This document shows positions 1 to 8,699 of a DNA stretch of 64,000 nt, piece by piece (positions within the stretch are counted from its first letter, which is position 1; the number at the start of each line of letters is the position of its first letter). Made by a program: the position numbers and the translations under genes. The DNA is taken from assembly GCA_013115145.1 (NCBI GenBank), contig JAAPAO010000078.1, positions 1 through 64,000 on the forward strand, written 5' to 3'. The stretch comes from Perkinsus chesapeaki ATCC PRA-425. Lineage: Eukaryota > Protista > Perkinsozoa. The notes beneath the pieces were generated by a model, which was not told where the DNA came from, ran no database searches, and saw only the letters and a list, made by a program, of their open reading frames with translations.

Positions 1-1
1 G

Positions 2-997
2 ATGCTCGTACACCTTAGCCACCCCATTGAGGTAGCGGTTCCCGAGGGTGTCCAACACTGTCCAACGGCCGAACTGGGATATCTCAAAATTGCTGATTCC
101 GGCTCGCCACATCCATTGAGACCCGCTGCGCCGCAGGGAGTGGGTCCCGTAACTTTCTGGGGACGCGCCACCGAACAGAGCTTTCACCCTCCTTAAAAGT
201 CCTGAGTATGTTAAACTATTGAATAGCATACCGTCTCTCTGTAGGGCTCCGCGTCCGTACCCGTCACACATGTAACTGTAGAGAGCGTGCACAGCGCAGA
301 GTGCGTCGCGGCAAACGGTGCCACGTGGCGTCACGCAGCCTATCCTTAAACACACGCCGCAACCAAATTGGTCTACTTTGCTCCTACGCACGTTGAGGCA
401 TGCCACAACTACGCCCTCCGTGGCTTCGAAGCGTACGTCGGCGCATCGCAGGGCTAGGCACTCTCGACACCTCAGCAGGCCAAAGAGGCAGAGGCGTATG
501 GCCACGATGTCGGCGGGCTCACCATCCGTGCCGGTGGTACCCGTGATGACAGCACCCCTGGCCTGCGCGACTGTCACGGCAATCTTGGCACCTGCGCGAT
601 CAGCTCCCTGCGGCTGCCCCCTTTTCACCGCAGTCAAAGCTCTTTTGACGTGCTCGGCCTCGATACGGCATAACTCGTATCCTTCCTCCAAGTTGCGCGT
701 CTTCAGTCCCGAGACGTATGTCCGGATCGTGCTGTAGGGGTAGCCCACCTTGTCCGTGACGTACACAAAAGCCAATAATATCCCTCCAGTCAGGGGGTAG
801 ATGTTACAAGGGTTGACGGACTGGCCGAAAAGGATGTCTCTCAGGAGCGTTTCTGCGGCTGTGTAAGTGCGGCGAGTACTGCCCGCCAATGCACCGTGCA
901 CCAGAACTGCGATCTCTCCCGCGACGTCCCTGCCGTCCTGAGCCGCACGGGCGAGGAAGCTCGCCGCATGCTGACGCCGCTCACGCCGGTCAGTCAT
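2..997 (-). CDS. Tyrosine recombinase (332 aa visible, C-terminus truncated by the window edge)
   Basis: Translated by hand and absent from the ORF track. ATG at 997; GALAGSTRRTY, LFGLLRCRECLAL (catalytic R), RSKVDQFG, LCAVHAL, YGTHSLRRSGS (H-x-x-R), GRWTVLDTLGNRYL (catalytic Y). Open to position 2. Confidence 0.93.
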   Translation of the reverse strand, partial: MTDRRERRQHAASFLARAAQDGRDVAGEIAVLVHGALAGSTRRTYTAAETLLRDILFGQSVNPCNIYPLTGGILLAFVYVTDKVGYPYSTIRTYVSGLKTRNLEEGYELCRIEAEHVKRALTAVKRGQPQGADRAGAKIAVTVAQARGAVITGTTGTDGEPADIVAIRLCLFGLLRCRECLALRCADVRFEATEGVVVACLNVRRSKVDQFGCGVCLRIGCVTPRGTVCRDALCAVHALYSYMCDGYGRGALQRDGMLFNSLTYSGLLRRVKALFGGASPESYGTHSLRRSGSQWMWRAGISNFEISQFGRWTVLDTLGNRYLNGVAKVYEH

Positions 998-1191
998 TCA
1001 GTCACGCAAGGGCCTTAGATGACCTAGAGATGAGACTGCGACCGAACAGAGCGCAACTCAATTCAAGGGTGACCAGAAACAGAACAGACATGTTGACCAC
1101 CGCATTCGGCACTACTGAGTTAGTAATACTCACCGCTGTCCATAAAACTAGGTACTCTGAGTACCGTACTCATATGGCCGGCAAAAGGCGT

Positions 1192-3201
1192 CTACGTTGA
1201 CCTCTGAATACTCTCTAAGGGTGCGGGGATCTCTAGCCAACCAGAAGGCATGCGTTGGCCGGAGCTCCTGGACAGCCGATCCGCGATGAGGTTTTCCTTG
1301 CTGGCAACTCTCCTTACTATAAAAGTGGTAAGCGTCAGTGCCGCGAGCGTCTCAACCATGCTTCGGAGCAGCTGTGCCAGGGCTGGCTTGGGGGAATACA
1401 TCTTCGTGAGAATGCCCTGTGTGGCAGTGTTGTCGGTGAACAGCACGACGTTGTAATCGGAACAGCTCCCGGCCGCTTTCTGAGCGACCGTTAGCGCTAA
1501 AGCGGCGGCCAGCAGCTCTAGCGCAACCATGTTGCGAGACTCCGTAGGCGCCGATACGTCTTTCAGCAAGCACTCCCATCCGCCTAACGCCGTGCCGCCC
1601 CCATGTTCTCGGACCGGCGTCCGGAAGAAAAAGACTTGCTCCGACCCGCCCGGGCCAGACAGTGCAATGACACCCCCCAAGGCGCTCAACGAGGCATCGC
1701 AGGCGATGGTTACCGTTCTCGATCTCGTGCAGACAACGCGAGAAAGAGCGCCCACTGGATGCCCCGAGTGTGGCTGATTGAGTAAAGACAAAAAGAAGGA
1801 AGATATGACGGCGACCTCACTGGTCCGTGGGCACTTTGCGACCTTCAAGAAGCGACCCTCCATCACGCCCTTCAGGCCGAAAAAAGGTTGAAGGTAAGGC
1901 TTCAGGAAGGGCCTCAGCTGACAATAGTGAGAGAGCTTCCCGGAAAGCGAGGCCAAATCCTCGATCTTTATCGACTCCGAGGCTAAGAGGGACGACAGCA
2001 AGAGCTTAGTTTTCGCCAGCTTGTCCGCCCCCAGGAAAAAGCTGGCCGAACCAGTGGGCTCCACCTCCAGAGTGACTCCGATGAACGTACCAGCACGCTG
2101 ACCCAGGCGCATCTTTTTAAAGCTGAGCCTCGACCCGAGGGCTGTCCATAGGAGCGATATCACGGTGCAAACCTCCGCGTAGTAGGTCGGGTCGACGAGC
2201 CAGAGGCCGTCGTCAACGTACATTAGCCCCGCGGCCGAACCGCAGGGCAGCCAAGAGCGCAAAATGCGGGACGCGCATATCTGGACAGCCCGCGCATAGC
2301 GCACGAACCAGAAGCCGCTCGAGTTCAGCCCGAAGGGCAGCGAACAATTCTCGAAATAGGAAGCCACCCCGCTGGCGTCCTCATGACAAAATGATAAATG
2401 TCGTCTCTCGTCAGGGTGGACTCTCAAGAAACGGTAGGCGCTCTCCAGGTCCAGCTCGAATATGAGCCATTTCCTGGTGGGGTATTGCTGCTGCAGCTCA
2501 CCAACCAATCTTCGTGTACAGGCGGTGGACGGAAGCTCGTTAGTGTTGGGCACGTTAGCCCGTAGGTTCACGTTGCCCCGGAGGTAATCGTCAATCACCC
2601 TCACGCCTCCGTCCTTCTTTGGGATTGCGCCTCTAGGGACGAAGCTGCGACCGCCGTCGTGCGCCTCCCTGTCATCCAACCGCTTAATGAAGCCTAACGC
2701 CTCCTCTTTCCGCAGCGTCTCCTCTACCGCATCGATGGCGATTGGATCCTTCATAGACGCATAATTCCTGAAACCCTCGCCAATCGCTTTGTTCGGGAAA
2801 GGAGGGTGGACTTTTTTGTTATACTTGGGAAAGAGGGGGCAGACGGCGATCTCTCGCGAGATGCCGATCGGCAAACCTTCTCGACAGAGCTCCCCGATGT
2901 CACCGTCGTCAACTCCCAATCTGTCAACTAGGATGCCGAGGAGCTTCCCGTCCACGCGATTCGCCGGCGACGCCGCATCAATCGCGAGGCCGAGTGAGCG
3001 GTGGAGCTCGACCCTCGCGCTCCCAGCGGCCACCTCGGCCAGGGCCCTCAAGCTGATAACCTGTGCTTCCGTGGGCTGCCCCTCCACGGCTTGGAGGGCC
3101 TCCACGAAACCCGATGACTGGCCTGCTCGCCATAAAATGGCGGCAAACTCGCTGCCGAAGGCTTGGTTAGCACCAGAAAGAGGGTCCTCCTTACCCGGCA
3201 T
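1192..3201 (-). CDS. Reverse transcriptase / RNase H (Pol) of the YR retroelement
   Basis: RT motifs PKKDGGVRVIDDY, LDLESAYRFL, LPFGLNSSG, YVDD; RNase H motifs ACDAS, ALELLA, FTDN, NLIADRLSR. The frame stays open upstream of the ATG to 3438. Confidence 0.95.
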   Translation of the reverse strand: MPGKEDPLSGANQAFGSEFAAILWRAGQSSGFVEALQAVEGQPTEAQVISLRALAEVAAGSARVELHRSLGLAIDAASPANRVDGKLLGILVDRLGVDDGDIGELCREGLPIGISREIAVCPLFPKYNKKVHPPFPNKAIGEGFRNYASMKDPIAIDAVEETLRKEEALGFIKRLDDREAHDGGRSFVPRGAIPKKDGGVRVIDDYLRGNVNLRANVPNTNELPSTACTRRLVGELQQQYPTRKWLIFELDLESAYRFLRVHPDERRHLSFCHEDASGVASYFENCSLPFGLNSSGFWFVRYARAVQICASRILRSWLPCGSAAGLMYVDDGLWLVDPTYYAEVCTVISLLWTALGSRLSFKKMRLGQRAGTFIGVTLEVEPTGSASFFLGADKLAKTKLLLSSLLASESIKIEDLASLSGKLSHYCQLRPFLKPYLQPFFGLKGVMEGRFLKVAKCPRTSEVAVISSFFLSLLNQPHSGHPVGALSRVVCTRSRTVTIACDASLSALGGVIALSGPGGSEQVFFFRTPVREHGGGTALGGWECLLKDVSAPTESRNMVALELLAAALALTVAQKAAGSCSDYNVVLFTDNTATQGILTKMYSPKPALAQLLRSMVETLAALTLTTFIVRRVASKENLIADRLSRSSGQRMPSGWLEIPAPLESIQRST

Positions 3202-3614
3202 CTGGCATGCGCCCCCATCCTTAAAATGGTCGTCGTCGAATATATCGCTATTTATGGCATCGGCGGCCTCCGCTTGGAGACCCCGGAGTGCGTCCTCGAA
3301 ATCATCGACGCAGTCGTGCTTACTCTCGAGTTGTGCGCGGAGGCGCTTCGCGATAGGCGCTGCATTGGCATCTGAGGGGAGGTGCCTCCGACCAACTTCG
3401 GTTACACAAAGCCACGAGATATACGGAAAAAAACTAAGCTATGCTGAGCATGTCTTGAGCACTGAGCGCTACGCCAGACGCGCGACGCCTTCGGAGGAGG
3501 CAGAGGCAGAGTAGAAAGGAATAGAAAAGGAAAGAAGAAAAGCAGTAAACGCTGGTTGACCAGACATCGCGATTAGAACAATTATAGTTCTATAGTTCAA
3601 CTATAGGCCTGCCC

Positions 3615-4920
3615 TTACTTACCGGAGGCTTGGAACTGAGCGTCGCTAGCACGACCGCGGCCGCGCTGCGGGCGACCGTCTTGGCCCTTCCCTCCGGTTC
3701 TGTGGGCGAAAATGCAGTTGTCACCGTAGGAGCACTTCCCGGTCCGCTCGAAACGTCGGCAAATTGTAGATGAAGGATTGGCAGATGAGCTTGTGCGCGG
3801 CCCGTGGCCGATGCCCAGAGCAGGCCTGAACGACTCCCTGTGGCAGGTGACGATGTCGGAGTTGCCGGTGATAAGCTGGGGGCCGATCTCAGTCGGATGG
3901 CTAACGGCTTCGAGTCTCAGCTCGGCGTCTAGCCGCCTAAGGGTGTGTATGTCAGACTGGAGACAGTTGTCACATAGGCGCATCAGGTAAAGTAACCCCT
4001 CGGCAGGGTTGAGTTTTTGCAAGATGCAATGACCGACCAACCAGCGCGAGATGTTGAGCAGGAGGTCCGCGGCTCCGAAAGAAGAGCGGGGCATGCCAAC
4101 CGCATCTTCAGCGACCTCGATGTCACCAGAAGCGGGGTTGTACCACATACGCCTCTTGATTTGCCCGCCCACCGGCGAGAAACTGCATTCGTCCTCCCTA
4201 ACGGGCTCGCCCCTGCGGATCTTCGCGAAAACCTTAGCAGAGAGCAGGAACCTCGAAGGGATATGCACGTTGTAGGTCTCTTCGAAACTCTGTCGCATGG
4301 ACTCCAGCGCCGGATCAGGTGGCACGTCCGAGGTTTGGGCCGTCGGACCAAAGACTCCGCCCAGCGCTCTCAAGGCGTAGATGTTGGAGGGGCAGCTGAG
4401 GCTGCCTGCCAGCTCGGCACAGTCACCCATGTTTTTGAAGAGCTCCGGCACCACGATACCATGACGCACCAGCACAGATGAGACGTCGTACTGGGCGGTA
4501 GGCACGAGCTTGTCGCGGATGAAGGTCACGACCTCCGCGGGTAGCATGAACTCAGCTCCTGGGTATAAACCCGACTGCTCGGCCGCATCGGCGTTCAGAG
4601 TAGGTACCTCATACGCGGCAAAAGTCCCCTGAGTAGCCGGAGGGGTGCTGCCAGCCTGACGCGCGAAACCCTCGCCCGCACCGGTGGGCGGGGGGGTCGA
4701 GTTAGGGGTAACCGACACCCCGGAAGCCGCGCCGGTCAGACCTGCCTCCACCGTTGCGCCGGTAGGAGTCGGACCAGTAGAAACTAGGGACGCTGCCCGA
4801 AGCCACAGGATGAGGCTGGACGACATTGCCCTGCTCGTCGACACGAATGGACCCACCGAGAGGACTCTGGCTGCCCTCGACCGCTCCAGCGGGGATGGTA
4901 CTGTTAGCTGGTGAGGACAT
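3615..4920 (-). CDS. Gag-like protein with C-terminal CCCH zinc finger; probable true start at 4920 with a 1-nt frameshift near 4781
   Basis: C-x8-C-x5-C-x3-H (CRRFERTGKCSYGDNCIFAH). The S/T/P/G-rich N-terminus MSSPANSTIPAG (ATG 4920) joins the 413-aa ORF if one T of AGTTTCT is removed. Confidence 0.75.
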
Positions 4921-5989
4921 TGTAGGCGGAAACGAAACCGAGGGGGAAAAAACCTGGTCAGCGGACCCGAATAAGAGGTTGGTGCCGCACGACACCACCG
5001 ACCGCCGTTGGCCGCGCGGAAACCCGATGTCCCTAGCCCAGCAAGCTGCCGCTAGGGACGAACCAGGTGCCTTAGCCACGGCCTAGGACCCAAGGAAACG
5101 GTAAGAGCCGCAGAACTGTTGGAAGCCTATGTTCAGGGTTCCTCGAGCTCGCGAATCTACCAGTGTCCTTGAACCCACACTCCCGGATGGGAGCGGTATA
5201 GCCCTCCGCCCGAGCTGGGGCGTAAAATAAGTCGCAAGCGGCGACAGTTATCGGGAAGCGACTGACCACGATACCGGTTGCCGCGAGCCGTTTCGCGAAA
5301 CCGCACGCAGACGATGAGCTGCGCACCACGGATGATACGATATTGTGTCGCGGAAGCGCGCTGCGTGCCGCGCCCATCCGCATCGGTATTTAACATGCGT
5401 TAACATGTTAACACTCAGAAATAGCAGCAGTGGTTTAACGACGGATGTATGAGTTTCTTTGACTTTAAGTGTAGATTCTGATGATACGTTACTAAGAAGA
5501 AGATGAGTTTAGTAGAATCTTGGAAGTCTCCAAAGTGTTACAACTTATACTTGCACTGGAGAGCGAGTCGAGAGTTCTTGGATTGGGAACTGCCCCTCAA
5601 GCATTGCTAATAAGGTTTGAGCTGGGTATTGGAGGTTTTCAGTCGCGGAAGTAGCTGCAAACAACAAGCCGGGCAATCCTTGCGAACTATCGCGCTCACC
5701 AGATCCGTGAGCAGGCGAGGTATCAGCCTACTTTCTACTAGAAAACATTCATTAACCCGACTCAATGGACATGAGAAATTCATGAAAGAGACTTCTATTC
5801 TAAAGTGGCCCGAAGCGCCCGGAGTTGCCGCAAGTATAGTATATCCATCATTGACAGTCGCCCAGATAGTGAGCCCGTAGCAACCATGAGCAGTCTCCTT
5901 AGTGCCCATTGGGCGCAGATGTAGACTTATATAGTACTGAGGTATTACTGATGCTAAACCGAGTTAGCAGAGCTCGCTAAACCGAACTA

Positions 5990-6442
5990 TCATTTGCTCA
6001 AATAAACAGGGAACATATAACCATCATCGAAATATACAGCATAATGACAGTCGGCAACGGAAACGTGAAGGACCTTAGTGGTCACATTGACCCGGTTACG
6101 CAGCAGATCGCAACAGGTTTCAGGAAGCGGGCATTCCGCTTCCGAATCAGTTCCGTAGCAGAACGTTTTGCAGATAACTTCAGGATCCTTGCCCCAGATG
6201 TAGATCTTCGTAGCATACTCTTTCGCCTTATCTACCGTTCTTAAAGCTTGGCCAAAGAACATGACGAAGTGATTCCCCTTCAGTTCTCCCTCATATAAGC
6301 CATTTTGCACTCTACATGGTGAAGGGCACCCCATCGCGAAAAATGATACAACCCATACAGCGAGCAGCAGAAGTGGTCGCTTGACCTTACCACGAATCTC
6401 GATGAACTCTCGGAGGCTTGAGGAAGAAGCGAAGAGGGCCAT
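5990..6442 (-). CDS. Intronless ~150-aa Cys-rich secreted/membrane-anchored protein (paralog of 8179..8634)
   Basis: Hydrophobic N-terminal segment then GCP..C....G.YEGE..GN, which aligns end to end with the 8179 ORF. Confidence 0.75.
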   Translation of the reverse strand: MALFASSSSLREFIEIRGKVKRPLLLLAVWVVSFFAMGCPSPCRVQNGLYEGELKGNHFVMFFGQALRTVDKAKEYATKIYIWGKDPEVICKTFCYGTDSEAECPLPETCCDLLRNRVNVTTKVLHVSVADCHYAVYFDDGYMFPVYLSK

Positions 6443-6646
6443 GATCGAGGACAATGTCAGCAACTTGACCGATGGAGATGGTCCCTCGTTGTGTCGTATA
6501 ATTCATGTGAAGCGTGGCATCTTACGGACTCCAGATTGCACAACGCGTAATTGTCCGATAATTGGACTCTGATTCCATTTACATAACGAGTAGACCGCAC
6601 GATATGTAAAAACACGTGGCCGAACCAGCTTGATACTACCAGATGA

Positions 6647-6698
6647 AAAGTTGCGACAATGACTCATTGTCGCAACTTTCCCCTCAGAGGGGAAAGTT
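6647..6698. repeat. Two overlapping perfect inverted repeats (16-bp and 12-bp arms, 1-nt loops)
   Basis: AAAGTTGCGACAATGA-C-TCATTGTCGCAACTTT and AACTTTCCCCTC-A-GAGGGGAAAGTT, sharing AACTTT. Confidence 0.95.
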
Positions 6699-8178
6699 CC
6701 ACATTTGCAAAATCAAGTTCGTCTAGGGTTGATCCTGGGAAATGATCCATAGAGCATCACCGATGCAGCATCGGTGTTAAACACTAGCAGCTAGTCTCTT
6801 GATGGTGCCCGAAATCGTAAGTAGCGGAAATGCGGCAGTGGCAGGCTACCCTACTTGGTTACCGACGAACACTATGAATGTGTTACCACAAGCTTTATCA
6901 CGCGCTATTACGTGTTGAAACGTGCGTTGAGCAGCATTCACAATAGTGTGCAGAACATGAAGAAAATTCAATGGTGATTCCCGAATTGGACATCTGAGCC
7001 GCTGTTTTTCGCTCTTCGTCCATATGAACGGAGAAAAAGCAACGATCCACATGGACGAACACACAGCGAGAAGAGAGCCAACAAATTCTTCTTCGCGCTT
7101 AGCTAACTCTCACAAGGGGAATTTGCTGTTGTATATTCAGTAGGCATAAGGAGTGTACAGAATAGTTTCTCTAATTATTTATTTAGGCCTTAGATCTTCG
7201 ATCAGGCCCCGAGGTTGGTGTCGATTATCAAAGCTTAAATTGAAGGGAGTAATCCCTCAAAGGATATGAGCCCGACTCATTTGCTCATAAGCATATATTG
7301 CCCACTGTCGACGCGACGCAAACCTATCGGCGTGCGTGAAAGTCCATAAACCGACCACAGATTACCGACGGGCCATCGGGAACAATAATATCGATGGCTT
7401 GGTGTTCAAGCCATCAACTATATATCTTACCTGATCTATGAACTTATCGGTAGTTAGGCATACAACGCTTTTGAACATCCACTGGAAGTTCGAAATTGCT
7501 CTCCGTACGCTGTGTTCTTGAGTGATGCACCGTTACCCCTCTTTTGTTCTGGTGGGGAAAGTAAACTCGTGACACTTGTTGCTTACGAATATTCAACGGT
7601 TCATCTCGGTATGAGAATCCACGTATACAGATCCACGACAGTTATTACCCACCAAAATTGAGCGAGTTAAGGACTGAATGTAAATCTTCAATCTCTGGGA
7701 TCATATATTCTTGCACGCATGATGGTTGGGTACGTATCATGGTCGATATGCGGGATCTATGGTCGATATGTTCGTATCTATGCGGGCCTCATAATGGCTT
7801 CCAAGGCGAATGTTTCGCCGGTCTATCCAAATATCTCCGATATGTCAGACTTGTTCGACCAAGCCTCGAGTTTGACCATGACAATCATGCAAGGCGAAAA
7901 TAGAGTAAAAAAGATCCGAACTCCTTTAGCGTTCTTTCAGAGAAGCTATAAGCTCAGCTTATTGAGATATATCCGCATGAGCAGGTGGCGAGCAGTGGTG
8001 CAGGCAATAAATAAATGATTTCAACAATCCATGGGAGATGACCGAACACCATGTGATAGTAAACTTACAATCCTATGGCACAAATTCGATTGTAGTAGAA
8101 TTCCCACAACCAGCGCTGCACCGTGGGTCTTGTCCCTAGGAACCAATTGCAGATGTTTATTCATACCTATTCCCGTTG

Positions 8179-8634
8179 ATGACTCTCTTCCCCACCTACC
8201 CAGATCCCCACGACTCCATCGTTAGGGACAGAAAGGTCAAATCTACTCTTGTGCTACTTACTATGTGGCTTGTATCATTTTGCGGGATAAAGGGGTGTCC
8301 TCCAAAATGTGTCATAAGCCATGGTGTGTACGAAGGAGAGTTTGATGGAAATGTCATGCATCTGACTATACCATTCGAGGCAAAGATAAAAGGTGAATTC
8401 ACTGCGGATCTGTTCATCAACAGCACTAAGTCCGCATTCACATGCTCAAAGATGAACTGCTACGGACAAGATTTGCCTATTAATTGTCAACTTGGAACAT
8501 GGTGCAGTAATAAGCTACGCGACAATACAGGTGTGAGCTCGGCCGGTGTCCACTTGACCCTCGACCCCGAAGCCTGCTATTATACTGCGTTCTTCGATAA
8601 CGGCCCAGACTTCCGAGTCGGTCTTATTGCATAA
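8179..8634 (+). CDS. Intronless ~150-aa Cys-rich secreted/membrane-anchored protein (paralog of 5990..6442)
   Basis: MTLF...RKVKSTLVLLTMWLVSFCGIKGCPPKCVISHGVYEGEFDGN; Cys pattern and the C-terminal Y...FD.G motif are shared with the paralog. Confidence 0.78.
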   Translation: MTLFPTYPDPHDSIVRDRKVKSTLVLLTMWLVSFCGIKGCPPKCVISHGVYEGEFDGNVMHLTIPFEAKIKGEFTADLFINSTKSAFTCSKMNCYGQDLPINCQLGTWCSNKLRDNTGVSSAGVHLTLDPEACYYTAFFDNGPDFRVGLIA

Positions 8635-8699
8635 GTCGTGCACATGAACCAACTCAACAACCTACCCAATCGTTGTCTCTATCTCAACCCCGCAAGTGC

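Larger units (their letters stand above)
1..5400 (-). mobile_element. DIRS-order (Ngaro/PAT-like) tyrosine-recombinase retrotransposon; 3' end runs off the window
   Basis: Gag-like CCCH ORF, RT/RNase H ORF and YR ORF in that order on the minus strand; GC-rich compared with the flank. No DDE integrase, protease or methyltransferase motif seen. The 5' boundary near 5400 is approximate, from the composition change; terminal repeats were not identified. Confidence 0.9.

Noticed and set aside
2789-3514. 241-aa + strand ORF (and other + ORFs over 318-5086)
   Set aside because: Antisense shadows of the GC-rich retroelement ORFs, with no motifs.
5380-5410. Terminal repeat of the YR element (TTAACATG repeats)
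   Set aside because: The partner end is outside the window, so ITR or split direct repeat structure cannot be shown.
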